Virus record (IMG/VR): IMGVR_UViG_3300022752_000023
Location: 64,001 to 128,000 of that record
Direction: 5' to 3' (one strand)
Length of the DNA: 64,000 bases
Source: a virus
The notes beneath the pieces were generated by a model. It had not been told where the DNA came from and did not search any database. It worked only from the letters and a program-made list of their open reading frames with translations. A program made the position numbers and the translations under genes. Position 1 is the first letter of the stretch; each line of letters begins with the position of its first letter. Below are positions 38,705-48,591 of the stretch, one piece after another.

Positions 38705-39526
38705 TTAGAAATTGCCCTGAGTATATTGTTTGTCGAGCATTGCCTGAATCTTGGCCGCGCGCTGGCTTACCGCGCCGGGCGTTATGTTTAATCGTCGCGC
38801 AATTTCTTGCGTGCTTGTTTTTCTTCGCCCATTCCGCCCGAGCGTCATATCCGCAATTAACTTGTCGACCGGGCCGAGATCTTCGTAAACAAAGTTAAAC
38901 CAAGCGTCGGCTGATCGGTTACTGTTTGGAATCGTGCTGGCGACATCGCCGCCATAGCTTTCTTCGTCGGTGACTTCGCGCGTCGTCATACCCTCTGACA
39001 CTGGCTGGTTAAACGCGCGTATTTTTTGAATGCGGCGTTTTGACAAACCGGTGTGATCGGCCAGTTCGTCGTCGGTAGGGTCGCGACCTAGCTGGTCGTA
39101 TAGCTCCGATTCGCTCTCTGTTAGCCGGCCGTAATCAAGCCCGACTTGCTCAGGAATCGAAATGATGTTTTGCGCCTGTGCAGACATGCGGCGCAAACTC
39201 TGCAGCTGTGACAGCAGGTGTGTGCGCACATTGCCACGTTGCGGATCGTAGCTATCCAGCGCCTTGAGTGCCATAAGCCGCGCCTTAGATTTAATTGTCG
39301 GGCTGGCGTTTTGTCCGGCGTAGCTCATCACGGCCGTGTCGATAACCGGCTGAAGTGTTCCTAACAGCGCTGTATTTGTTTCCGGCGTTTTAGTGTGCTG
39401 CCACTGAGCATACGCGTTATCAAAGTCGGTACTGACGCCGGTCGGCCTACGGGCCGAGAAAGGCGCCGGTACGTCGCCCAGAATAGACGGCATGCCCGCT
39501 GGCATACTGGTTTTGTTATCAGCCAT
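38705..39526 (-). CDS. sigma-70 family (FliA/WhiG-like) RNA polymerase sigma-like factor
   Basis: ALKALDSYDPQRG (region 2), LGRDPTDDELAD..GLS (region 3), STQEIARRLNITPGAVSQ (region 4 HTH); start taken at 39526. Confidence 0.8.
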   Translation of the reverse strand: MADNKTSMPAGMPSILGDVPAPFSARRPTGVSTDFDNAYAQWQHTKTPETNTALLGTLQPVIDTAVMSYAGQNASPTIKSKARLMALKALDSYDPQRGNVRTHLLSQLQSLRRMSAQAQNIISIPEQVGLDYGRLTESESELYDQLGRDPTDDELADHTGLSKRRIQKIRAFNQPVSEGMTTREVTDEESYGGDVASTIPNSNRSADAWFNFVYEDLGPVDKLIADMTLGRNGRRKTSTQEIARRLNITPGAVSQRAAKIQAMLDKQYTQGNF

Positions 39527-39528
39527 GA

Positions 39529-41136
39529 TTATGCCTTCTTGAGCGGACCGCCGGGCCATTTAATACTGTTCTGGTACAACGGCGCGTACGTTTGTGAAAT
39601 AAGTTTCGTGTCTTCGTCTTCTTCTTCTGTGCGAATGTATGACAGCGCAAACGACGTTCCTGCTAGCGCGCGTTCAGCGTTGATTGCGTATGAAACCTGC
39701 GTCACGGCTGCGATCATCGCGCCGTCGGATTGAATTTCTGAGTTTGGTAGCTCAATTCTAACAATACTGCCCGGAGCAATATCAAACCGCAATTTGCCCG
39801 ATAGTTCTCCGTAACGTTGGCTCAAAAACTCGGTTTTGTAAAAGTGTTCTGCGAAACGTTTACTCACGCCGTCCGCCATTCCGTTTGCGACGTCAGCCGG
39901 TAATAACCACTCTGGCGGCGGCTCACCTTCGCCGGTGGCTGGCGCGATACAATCGCCGGGTCGCTTCCCTTTTATGCCAGTTGTTGCGCCCGTAAAAATC
40001 GGCCACGGCGACATGTTTGTCAACCACGAGGGTAAGTCTTTAAATAGCTTTAATCCGGGGCGCTCTTCTCCGGGTTTAAACGGGTACTGACCCGCGGGTT
40101 GAGTGTATACGTCAGCCATATGAACTTGTCCGCCGGTTGATAACATCGGATCCATTTGTTGGGGCCAAAATACGACCACGCTGTCGATAAGTTGACTCAT
40201 AGGCGCGTTAAAGTTGGCGTAGCTGTACTCGTCACCTTTGATGACGTATTTTTTATTGCCGTCATGTTTGAGTCCGCCAAAAAAAGGAACGACGTAGGCG
40301 TGTTCGATTGCCGGCGACACGGCAAAGAAAAACTGCGACGCATACTCGCCTACAAGCTTCCCCCAGAACGATGTGTAGGCGAACGACTCTAGCGCGTCCT
40401 TTGTGAGCGCCGTTCTCACAGATTGTTCGATGTTGTTGCCGTTTAAGCCATCAAGATTTAAAGCAAGCTTGGCATTACCCGGAGCAACAGGTATTCTCTT
40501 TAACGCTTTTATGGCGGCCGCGTTCGGACGCGACTGCGGTAACTTATACTCAGCCATTTTGTTGAAGATTGGCTTGATAACTTCGCCCCACAAATCACGC
40601 GCAATCTTGTCTTTACGGATAAGATCTCCGTTGGCGTCAATAACGGGGACGCTGGAGCTTGCGTTACCTTCTGTCTGCAGCGCCACAAATGCTGCGTTTG
40701 TGGCCATAAGAAACGGCGCGTTTTGAAACCACTTGCCGTTGAGCGCCGACGAGTTGTTTAAATCGTCGAGCCAGTGGATGAGTTGCAGCACGTAGTTAGC
40801 GCTGTTATGCGAGCGTTGATACCCGATGCCGGCAAGCATGCCTTCAAATATCACAAATCCGCCGTTCTCCATTTTGTCTTTCTGCCCGGCTTCAGGAATA
40901 ATTCTGAGCCAGACAGTCACAGGATCGCGCGGTTTGATTTGTTTACGCAGCTTATGGATCGTCGCTTCACGCGTCTGACCCGATGCTGCGTCGTATCCGA
41001 CAGCCACGGTAAGGGATGCGGTTGGAATACTGTTCAACCCGAACGTCGCCGAAATAGCTACGACGTCATTAAACACGGTGTCTTTAATCTTTGCCGTGAT
41101 TTCAAACTTCGAGTAGACGTACGGAGCCTTAGCCAT
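39529..41136 (-). CDS. baseplate hub-like protein
   Basis: IFEG..AG.GY, GKLRFDIAPGS.V motifs; downstream of tape measure. Confidence 0.65.
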   Translation of the reverse strand: MAKAPYVYSKFEITAKIKDTVFNDVVAISATFGLNSIPTASLTVAVGYDAASGQTREATIHKLRKQIKPRDPVTVWLRIIPEAGQKDKMENGGFVIFEGMLAGIGYQRSHNSANYVLQLIHWLDDLNNSSALNGKWFQNAPFLMATNAAFVALQTEGNASSSVPVIDANGDLIRKDKIARDLWGEVIKPIFNKMAEYKLPQSRPNAAAIKALKRIPVAPGNAKLALNLDGLNGNNIEQSVRTALTKDALESFAYTSFWGKLVGEYASQFFFAVSPAIEHAYVVPFFGGLKHDGNKKYVIKGDEYSYANFNAPMSQLIDSVVVFWPQQMDPMLSTGGQVHMADVYTQPAGQYPFKPGEERPGLKLFKDLPSWLTNMSPWPIFTGATTGIKGKRPGDCIAPATGEGEPPPEWLLPADVANGMADGVSKRFAEHFYKTEFLSQRYGELSGKLRFDIAPGSIVRIELPNSEIQSDGAMIAAVTQVSYAINAERALAGTSFALSYIRTEEEDEDTKLISQTYAPLYQNSIKWPGGPLKKA

Positions 41137-42022
41137 TTGTATGCCTTCTTACGCTTTCCATACGGTAAATAAACGCCAACACTAACCCGGCAAGTCGGTA
41201 TGCCGGAAGCGGGTGATCAAACCACAGATTTTTGAATGTCGCATATGGTTGCGCGTCGTCAAGTCCAAACAGCTCAATAAACACAGGCTCGCCGATCAGC
41301 TCCAGTGTCGGAAACAGCGTTGTGATTGCGGGCGCCGGGTTGGCGTTTAAAGCGATGTACCAACGACCATTGAATGTTGTTGGATCTGTCGTCAACCGCT
41401 CTAGCCTTAATTTGATATCTGTTTCCGGGAGGGTAATGACGGGCAGCTCGCCCGCCGATCGTTCTCGTGTACGGGGCGCGGGGTCGTACACTGTTTGCGT
41501 CGTTAAAAACACCTCAGCGTCTGGATCAAGTTCTTTGAGCAGCACACCTCGGTTGTTTTCGAGCGTTAAAAACTCGTCTTTTTCGGCCCCCAGCGGTTCG
41601 GGCGGCGCTGGATACAAACCCATTGTGTACTGGCGGTTTGCGCGACCTGTGCTGTTGCTGGCGATAAACTCACCGCCAATTGCGACATTTCTCGGCGCGC
41701 CGGCCATTTGCGTGACGCGTAACGACGGCTGATATTTAAACTCGTTTTCTGCAGGCTCTGGCCAATACGTCACGCGGTTGTCGAGTTTATACAAATATTC
41801 GACCGCGGGAGTTTGATGAATATAGCTAAGTAGTTCTCGTGCGCGCAGATTCAAAAACCGCTGATCTGGGCTGCTGCCAAACAATACGCGGCGCACCGTG
41901 CTCAGTACGGTCGGCAGCACCAGCGGCCGAAACGTGGGCGGAATGTACTCATATCCTGCCTGTTGTTTCTGCGCGCTTTGCGCCCAGATGTTTAACAGTA
42001 GTGTTCGGCCGTGATTGATCAT
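41129..42022 (-). CDS. hypothetical virion protein
   Basis: 297 aa in the tail operon. Confidence 0.7.
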   Translation of the reverse strand: MINHGRTLLLNIWAQSAQKQQAGYEYIPPTFRPLVLPTVLSTVRRVLFGSSPDQRFLNLRARELLSYIHQTPAVEYLYKLDNRVTYWPEPAENEFKYQPSLRVTQMAGAPRNVAIGGEFIASNSTGRANRQYTMGLYPAPPEPLGAEKDEFLTLENNRGVLLKELDPDAEVFLTTQTVYDPAPRTRERSAGELPVITLPETDIKLRLERLTTDPTTFNGRWYIALNANPAPAITTLFPTLELIGEPVFIELFGLDDAQPYATFKNLWFDHPLPAYRLAGLVLAFIYRMESVRRHTNG

Positions 42023-42023
42023 G

Positions 42024-42509
42024 TTAATTTTTCGGCACGATGTTGAAACGAAGCGACCACTGCCCGACCAGCGTTTGTGGATCTTGCAGCTCTAAACGCA
42101 TACCAGTCAGAAACGCCCAAAACGTGGAGTTCGCGCAATCGCCAATTGTGACGGACATCTTGCCGTTTTTCTTGATTCGATTTTCGTGATAAAAGTCATA
42201 GACGTTGCATAACTTAGCACTGTCTGCGCCCGGACACGGTTTTACAAAACCGAAACCAGACACGGTTAGCTCCCCGACTCGGTTGCCAAACGCGTACACG
42301 TAAATGAAATCATTGACCGTATGAAGAAATTGATAATTGCCGTTTAATTCGAGCGCAAAACCGCTTATCGGCATAGTTAGTTGGCCGGGATTGTAAAAAA
42401 TATTGGGGCCATTAACGCCGGAAAACTTTAATCTAAAAATATCGCCGGAGCAGTTTTTTGGCTTAATAATTGTCACTGCGCCGGCGCATGGAGTAAAAGC
42501 TACTGGCAT
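42024..42509 (-). CDS. tail tube initiator / tube-like protein
   Basis: YVYAFGNRVGELTVSG resembles YYVGNRRQGQCQMS of the tube protein; follows tape measure. Confidence 0.6.
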   Translation of the reverse strand: MPVAFTPCAGAVTIIKPKNCSGDIFRLKFSGVNGPNIFYNPGQLTMPISGFALELNGNYQFLHTVNDFIYVYAFGNRVGELTVSGFGFVKPCPGADSAKLCNVYDFYHENRIKKNGKMSVTIGDCANSTFWAFLTGMRLELQDPQTLVGQWSLRFNIVPKN

Positions 42510-42512
42510 GTG

Positions 42513-45500
42513 TTACTTTCCGTAGTTTGCGCCGGTACCGCCAGCCATGTCGACCGCCGGCCCGTTATCTGGTGTATCTTCCATGCGATGGCCGGTGGCT
42601 GCCAGCACGGCCTCTGAGAGTCCGTGCAGCGTCAACGTACCGTTCACATTCATATCGCCGCCGCCGCCGCCCATGCCGCGCGCCGCTTGCGCGGAATCGT
42701 ATTGCGAAATTGTGTCGCTAAGGTAGTTGTACCGGGCTTGGTCTTTGTCATCATCAAAATAGTCGCCGCCGCCGCGGATCCACCAGTGTTTTTTCTTTTT
42801 CTTTTCTAGCTCCGCAAGACGCTGGCGCATATCTTGCACAGGTGTCTTTGTGTTTGCATCAAGCAACGCCTGTTCTGCAACCATGCGTGCGTGCGGTTTT
42901 TCAACAACCTGCGTTACCGATCCATCCTCTGCTGTAACATTTACTTTTTTAGCGCCGCCGCGGTGACGAAACGCAGCTTTTTCTGCGTTTGTACCGTAAC
43001 GTTCGACGTCCTGCTTGGCTTGCTCTTCTGTATATCCGGCGTTGTACGGGAGAAATACGCGTTCGTGCTGCGGGCGCCCGTCAGCAACGCCGTCTTTTAC
43101 AGCGCCGCCGCGCAGCTCACTAAGTGAAAAAGATTGTCCGGCGGCGTTACCCATCGCGTTATACGGATCATACACCGTGTATTGTTGCTCGTGCGCTTGC
43201 GATTTTATTGCGTCGCGGCGCGTTTGTAGTTCTTTTTTTCGTTCTTTATCTTCTGCGTTGTAATCCAACCAGTTATTTTTATTTCGTTCTTCAATTTGCG
43301 CTAACTCGGCGTCAATTTCGGCAATGGCGTCTGTACGTTTTTGAACGTGAGTTGTTACGGCGGCGGGTTTATCCGGCTGATTAGACGTCGGTGCGTGCCC
43401 CGAGCGATTTAGCTGCTGTACCTGCTCTGGTGTAATGTTTTGCGACGAAACTCCCGCGCCTGTTTTACTTTCAGAAATGGCGGCATGAATTCGGCGCATG
43501 TTTGCAAGATCGTCGTCGGTCAGCCCTTTCATTTTTTTGACAAGCTCGGGCGGCGCGGACAGCGCTGTTTTAAACTGATCCATTGCGGTTTTTTGCGCTG
43601 CCGGATCCATTTTGTTGAAAAGTTTTACCGCGTCTGCCGCCGGCAGCGTTAGCAGTTGTTGTCTTTTTTCTTTGTCAGCAAACGCGGTCGCAAACGCTGC
43701 GCCCGTCGGATCTTTACCTACTTCGTCTAATACCGCTTGCTGGTCTGCGGTAACTTTTTCAGTGGCAGAGGCGACACCTTGTCCGTGGGCACGTTTTGCT
43801 TCTTCAGCTATTTTTAACGCACTGTTTGTTCGGCGCACGATAGCGTCTTTGTCGCTACCTAGAACAGCCGTTAACTGTTTACGCGCTTCCGCCTTGGCTG
43901 TCTCTGGATCCATACCCTCCATAACAAATTGATCGGTCAACTGCTGCGTCATACGACTTGTCATTATCAGCGCGCGATCTTCATCGGATTTTCCAAGCGT
44001 ATCGTCCATGTTTACGGCGACGTTTGACACGGCGAGGCTGATCTGCCGCAAACGCCGTTTGCGTTGAGTCTCAAACTGCGAATCCGACATACCTTTTGGC
44101 CGCAGTTTTTCATACTCGGCTTTGTCGTAATTCTTTTCCAGCGCGTCGTAAATGTTTTTGCTGGCATCAGAGGCAACCCGATTTGTGGCTGCAGTTCCCC
44201 GTTTCTGCGCTTTTGCAACATCAACCGGCGTCTGCTCTAAACCAGCGCCAGCCAGTCCGCCAATGTCGCGCGAGCCGCGGAGCGCTTGCGCGATACCACG
44301 CGCCTGCTCTTTTTTTTCCTCTGATAATCCACCCCACCCGTCCCACGCAGCTGACATCTGCTTTTCGAAATCTGTGCTGTCAGCGGCCAGCGCGGCAGAA
44401 GCAAACTTTTCGATCTGCGCAGTTGTTGCGCCGGCGCCCAGCGTCTGCTGCGCCATTGCTTTTGCTGCAACTTGTACGTCTTCAGCTTTACCGGTGTTAT
44501 AGCCGCGTACAATCAGCTCTGCGCGGTTACGCTGCTGTTCGTTTTTTGCCCGTTCTGCGTCTGTGCTACCGGCGGCTGTATCTGCTGACTTCATCTTGGC
44601 CGCGCCGCGTAACTGCCCCAACTCGTCAGCCGTTAGTTTCTTGCCGGGATCGACGCCGGCCATAATTTTGAGTTGCTTGGCTTCGTTTCCGTCCGGGTTC
44701 TTTTGCGCCGCGTCAGCCAAAGTATCGATTTGTTTTTCAGTAACGCTTGCCTGCGTATACATACGCGCTGCCGCTACAAGCCCTTCTTGCATGTCGGGCG
44801 CGTAGCTCTGCAGCAGCGAATCTTCAGACGCGATTGCAAATAGGCGTTTGAGCGAGCCTTCTTGTATGCCGGCATTTTCGCTGGCTAGGTTTTCTAGTTC
44901 GTCGCCAAAGCGTTGCGCAAGCGTAGATTCTGTTCCGCGCCCCGCGAGTTTGAACCGGGCGGCGCGACGCTTATTCATTTCTTCTTTAACTGTGGCTTCG
45001 TCGGTAGCGCCCTGATGGTGCATTTGTTTATGCGCTTCGATAGACACGCCTGTGCGCTTCTGTGAACTAGCGCTCGTCTCGGAGTACGTCGCTAAAAGAG
45101 TGTCGCGGCGGTCTGATTCGTTTGCGCCGTAAAATGCGTTGAAGTATTGCTCGGCCATACGCTCGGCCGCCGCGCCTTTGAGCCCGCCGCCGGCGCTGCT
45201 TTTAAAGTACCGCACCAGCTCTTCTTTGCCACGCTTTTCAAGTGTCTTTACACGTTCTTCCGGCGTCATGTCGGCTGTTTCGTCCATCATGATGCCGGTC
45301 ATTTTGGTAGCAAAACTCGTGGCAAGCGTGCTGTTGCGTGAGTGGAAATCTTCCTCCGACATACCAGACGGTTTTAATTTTTTGAACTCGTCGCTACCCA
45401 TGCGATCGACAATAGCGCCGGCATGTGCTCGCGATAAATCCCGTTGCAGCTCAAAGCGTTGAGTTTTATATGCGTACCCAGCCTTCATGTATTCTTCTGT

Positions 45501-47186
45501 GCCGATCTGGTCCGTCATGTAAGCGCGGAATAACCGGTCATCTGCGCCGCTTTCGCGCGCCATGTTGTAGAGGCCCTGAACGCCTTGCTGCCCGGCCATC
45601 TCAGCGAGGTTAAACGTCTTACCCTTGTATTCGTATTTGTCCTCTCCGCGTTGATATGCTTGCATCGCGGCGGCCAACTGCGTGTCTTTGTACTTATCTG
45701 GATTTTCAGACACGAGTCGATTCATAGACGCTAGCGCGCGCCCGACAGACGAAGCGTCGCCGCGGGTAGACATAGCCGACATGCGGGCCTCGGCTTCGGC
45801 GCGGTTTAGCTTGCCAAAACCGGGCTTTTCAAACACACCCGCGTCAGCCATGGCTTGCCCGCGCAATAGATCGCCGGCAAGCCCCTTTTCAGCTGTAACT
45901 TCCTGCAACCCCATACCGCGGGCCATGGCCTTCTTTTCGGCAGCAATGGCGTTCAAGTTTTGCAGGTCAGTATTTGTGTCGCGAGCGGCTAATCGAATTT
46001 CGCGCACTAGCGATTCAACTTTGCCGCCGCCCATACTACCCTGAGCGCCGTTTGTTAAATGTTGCAAATTAGCAATAAGTTGCTGAATCGGCGCATTTGG
46101 ATTGCCATTGTCGCCAAAGATTTCTCTGATCGCAGACACGGCGCCGTTGTATTCTTTAACGGCGCGCGACACGTTCTTTGCGTCCAGCGCGTTCGCTGCC
46201 AACCCAAAGCCGCTCATCTGCTCAATTTCTTCAGCAGATTTAGCGCGCGGATCTTTCGCTTGAAATTTATCGACTTCACTCAGTGTCGAGTCGAGGCGCT
46301 GCCGAAACGACGGGAGTTTGTCCGCCAGCATAATTTTTTGTTCTTCTTCGCTGGCGGATGCGTAAGCGGCGTCACGCGACATCAACTCCGAGTGCCCAAA
46401 CTGTCTAGACAACTCGTTCATTGTTTTGTCGTCGCGCTTAGTGCGGCTGATCGCTTTTACGCGGTCCGCTGCTGACAGCGCGCCAATGCTCTGCGGTAGG
46501 CGACCCTGCTGGAACAGAGTCTCCATCATCTCGCCGCTAGCCACCGCCCCGAACCCGTGCATTTCCCCGAGATTGGCATCTTCGCCGTACAGATTTTGAT
46601 ATACATTCTGCGAGAATTGCTTTAACGAGTCTGACGACATGCGCGGCCCTTGGCCGGCTGCGTCCGGTCTAAAAAAACCGATACGGTTGGTGGCCGCGGC
46701 GATCGCCGTCGGGTCGCCCCGGCGGCCAAACATAATACCTTCAAGGTTCTCGGCGCCGATCTGCGACGCGGCAAACTGTTTAAATATTGGGTTGTTTAAT
46801 ACGCGAGCGCCGATATTTGCATGCTCGCGGTCTAGGTCTGTTACGGGTTGCCCGCCGTTAACAAGACGCTGCGCGCCAATTAACTTTTGCGCCACCTGCG
46901 AATTGCCGGCCATGTTCGCGGCTTCAATTGCCGCGACACCGTGACGCTGATAACGAGCGGCCGTGAACTGGTCCAGAAGGGCCTGCCCGGGCGCCTGATG
47001 CGCCAAAAACGCGTCCGGCCCGAACATGCTTTTTACCAGTCCGGGGGCGTACATGTTGGCCATATAGCCAAACGCGTCGTCTACGTGGGTGGCGTTTTGA
47101 AACGGAGAGTATACGGGCGGAGCGTATGGGTTACCCGTATAATTTTGCGTAAAGCCAGCGGCGTTTTGTGTGTGATATTGAGCCAT
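42513..47186 (-). CDS. tape measure protein
   Basis: 1557 aa, Ala/Gly/Gln-rich and helical, downstream of the chaperone pair. Confidence 0.8.
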   Translation of the reverse strand: MAQYHTQNAAGFTQNYTGNPYAPPVYSPFQNATHVDDAFGYMANMYAPGLVKSMFGPDAFLAHQAPGQALLDQFTAARYQRHGVAAIEAANMAGNSQVAQKLIGAQRLVNGGQPVTDLDREHANIGARVLNNPIFKQFAASQIGAENLEGIMFGRRGDPTAIAAATNRIGFFRPDAAGQGPRMSSDSLKQFSQNVYQNLYGEDANLGEMHGFGAVASGEMMETLFQQGRLPQSIGALSAADRVKAISRTKRDDKTMNELSRQFGHSELMSRDAAYASASEEEQKIMLADKLPSFRQRLDSTLSEVDKFQAKDPRAKSAEEIEQMSGFGLAANALDAKNVSRAVKEYNGAVSAIREIFGDNGNPNAPIQQLIANLQHLTNGAQGSMGGGKVESLVREIRLAARDTNTDLQNLNAIAAEKKAMARGMGLQEVTAEKGLAGDLLRGQAMADAGVFEKPGFGKLNRAEAEARMSAMSTRGDASSVGRALASMNRLVSENPDKYKDTQLAAAMQAYQRGEDKYEYKGKTFNLAEMAGQQGVQGLYNMARESGADDRLFRAYMTDQIGTEEYMKAGYAYKTQRFELQRDLSRAHAGAIVDRMGSDEFKKLKPSGMSEEDFHSRNSTLATSFATKMTGIMMDETADMTPEERVKTLEKRGKEELVRYFKSSAGGGLKGAAAERMAEQYFNAFYGANESDRRDTLLATYSETSASSQKRTGVSIEAHKQMHHQGATDEATVKEEMNKRRAARFKLAGRGTESTLAQRFGDELENLASENAGIQEGSLKRLFAIASEDSLLQSYAPDMQEGLVAAARMYTQASVTEKQIDTLADAAQKNPDGNEAKQLKIMAGVDPGKKLTADELGQLRGAAKMKSADTAAGSTDAERAKNEQQRNRAELIVRGYNTGKAEDVQVAAKAMAQQTLGAGATTAQIEKFASAALAADSTDFEKQMSAAWDGWGGLSEEKKEQARGIAQALRGSRDIGGLAGAGLEQTPVDVAKAQKRGTAATNRVASDASKNIYDALEKNYDKAEYEKLRPKGMSDSQFETQRKRRLRQISLAVSNVAVNMDDTLGKSDEDRALIMTSRMTQQLTDQFVMEGMDPETAKAEARKQLTAVLGSDKDAIVRRTNSALKIAEEAKRAHGQGVASATEKVTADQQAVLDEVGKDPTGAAFATAFADKEKRQQLLTLPAADAVKLFNKMDPAAQKTAMDQFKTALSAPPELVKKMKGLTDDDLANMRRIHAAISESKTGAGVSSQNITPEQVQQLNRSGHAPTSNQPDKPAAVTTHVQKRTDAIAEIDAELAQIEERNKNNWLDYNAEDKERKKELQTRRDAIKSQAHEQQYTVYDPYNAMGNAAGQSFSLSELRGGAVKDGVADGRPQHERVFLPYNAGYTEEQAKQDVERYGTNAEKAAFRHRGGAKKVNVTAEDGSVTQVVEKPHARMVAEQALLDANTKTPVQDMRQRLAELEKKKKKHWWIRGGGDYFDDDKDQARYNYLSDTISQYDSAQAARGMGGGGGDMNVNGTLTLHGLSEAVLAATGHRMEDTPDNGPAVDMAGGTGANYGK

Positions 47187-47195
47187 ACGCCACCG

Positions 47196-47606
47196 TTATT
47201 TTCCGCCATTCAGTTCTTTGTATCGTTCAATAAGTTCCTGCGCTGATTTATCAGCTATTATAGCTTTTTTGGGGCTCGCTTTTGGTGTGTCTTTTGCTGC
47301 GTCTTTCTGCTCTTCTTTTGTATGATCCCACGGAAAAAGCGCAGTTTGAATATTTTCTAACAGTTCGATTGCTCTCGTTTTGGCGTTACCAAAACTCTCT
47401 TCGGTCAGGCTGCCGTGCGCGACAAGAGCGAGCCAGTGCCTGTGAGCTGCTTGCATGAGTTCATAATTTTCTCGTCGCGCCATTTCTGTAAGCGTTAACA
47501 GGTGCTTTATTCGCCATTGTCTATTTTTGGGATCGGCACCGGTGTAATCAATCACACCGGAAACGGCAGCCCGCACCATAAAGGCTGCTACCCGATCCCG
47601 TTCCAA
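47196..47606 (-). CDS. tail assembly chaperone, frameshift (GT-like) extension
   Basis: No SD, opens in the -1 frame at a T5 run overlapping the end of the upstream ORF. Confidence 0.65.
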   Translation of the reverse strand: MERDRVAAFMVRAAVSGVIDYTGADPKNRQWRIKHLLTLTEMARRENYELMQAAHRHWLALVAHGSLTEESFGNAKTRAIELLENIQTALFPWDHTKEEQKDAAKDTPKASPKKAIIADKSAQELIERYKELNGGK

Positions 47607-48577
47607 AAACTTGGTTCAAGCGCCATAGCTTCCATCGCTTCAACCAGACGCTGAAACTTGCGCAAGTGCGTAGCAGCCAAACGCCGCGTTACTTCATGCG
47701 AAAGCGCTTTACTATGCACAAATTCTCGCGCCGCCGGAAGCGCTGTTTGGTTGGGCTTATCTGGGTTAAGCTCGATCTTGAAATCGCTCAGCTGCGGCAC
47801 AATAACAAGCGGCTTTCCGTTGGCGTCGTAGACCGCGGCGAGCGAGCAGGCCATGCGGTATTCGAACAGCCGTAGAAACCACTCAGCTTCTGACAGGATC
47901 AGGCCGTCATTCTGGTCAAGCAGCAACTGACGCTGCACGTCGAAATTTTCGTCGGCCAGCATACTGCGGAATTCCAACACAATCTTGCCGCCCATTAACT
48001 CAAACCTGCGTGTAAACCGCGCGCCGCCAAGAATCGTGACGAGAAAGTCTTCTTTATCGCGGTCCGTTACTTCGACGTCGAATTTCTGCTGCATATCCCA
48101 GCCGCAGCGCGGGCAGAACGGCAGAAGGGCCATCGGCGGCACGATGTTCTCTTCTGGCGCCACGGGAGCTTCGGGTACGGGCGTCTCTGGCGCTACCGTG
48201 TTCGCTGCGGGGCCAGCGTTTTCTGTTGCCGGTGCTTCTCTGTCGTCGATGATTTCGGTATCTTGCAGCTGTGCGTACATCTCACGCACGCTATCCGGCA
48301 TGTTTGCTGTTTCTTCTTCAAACTGTTCTTTCTGCGCTTTTTTCTTGGCCACTTCTTTTGCCTCGCGCAGCATGGTTTTGATATTTTCAACATCCTCTTC
48401 TTTCATCGCGTCTTTGTCGATGAGGACGTCTACGCGTGAGGTCGGCGGCAGTGTGTCTTTAATCCGCAGCATAAGCGGTCCAAGCTCGGCGGGAATTGGA
48501 TCGTCTTTGCGCCAGCCGAACTGCTCTAGCGTTTTCTTTGTGAAGTCCGATACGTAAACGTTTTCAACCAGTTCCAT
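47588..48577 (-). CDS. tail assembly chaperone (G-like)
   Basis: AAGGAG SD; ends EPSFW; position before tape measure. Confidence 0.7.
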   Translation of the reverse strand: MELVENVYVSDFTKKTLEQFGWRKDDPIPAELGPLMLRIKDTLPPTSRVDVLIDKDAMKEEDVENIKTMLREAKEVAKKKAQKEQFEEETANMPDSVREMYAQLQDTEIIDDREAPATENAGPAANTVAPETPVPEAPVAPEENIVPPMALLPFCPRCGWDMQQKFDVEVTDRDKEDFLVTILGGARFTRRFELMGGKIVLEFRSMLADENFDVQRQLLLDQNDGLILSEAEWFLRLFEYRMACSLAAVYDANGKPLVIVPQLSDFKIELNPDKPNQTALPAAREFVHSKALSHEVTRRLAATHLRKFQRLVEAMEAMALEPSFWNGIG

Positions 48578-48591
48578 AATCAGCTCCTTCG

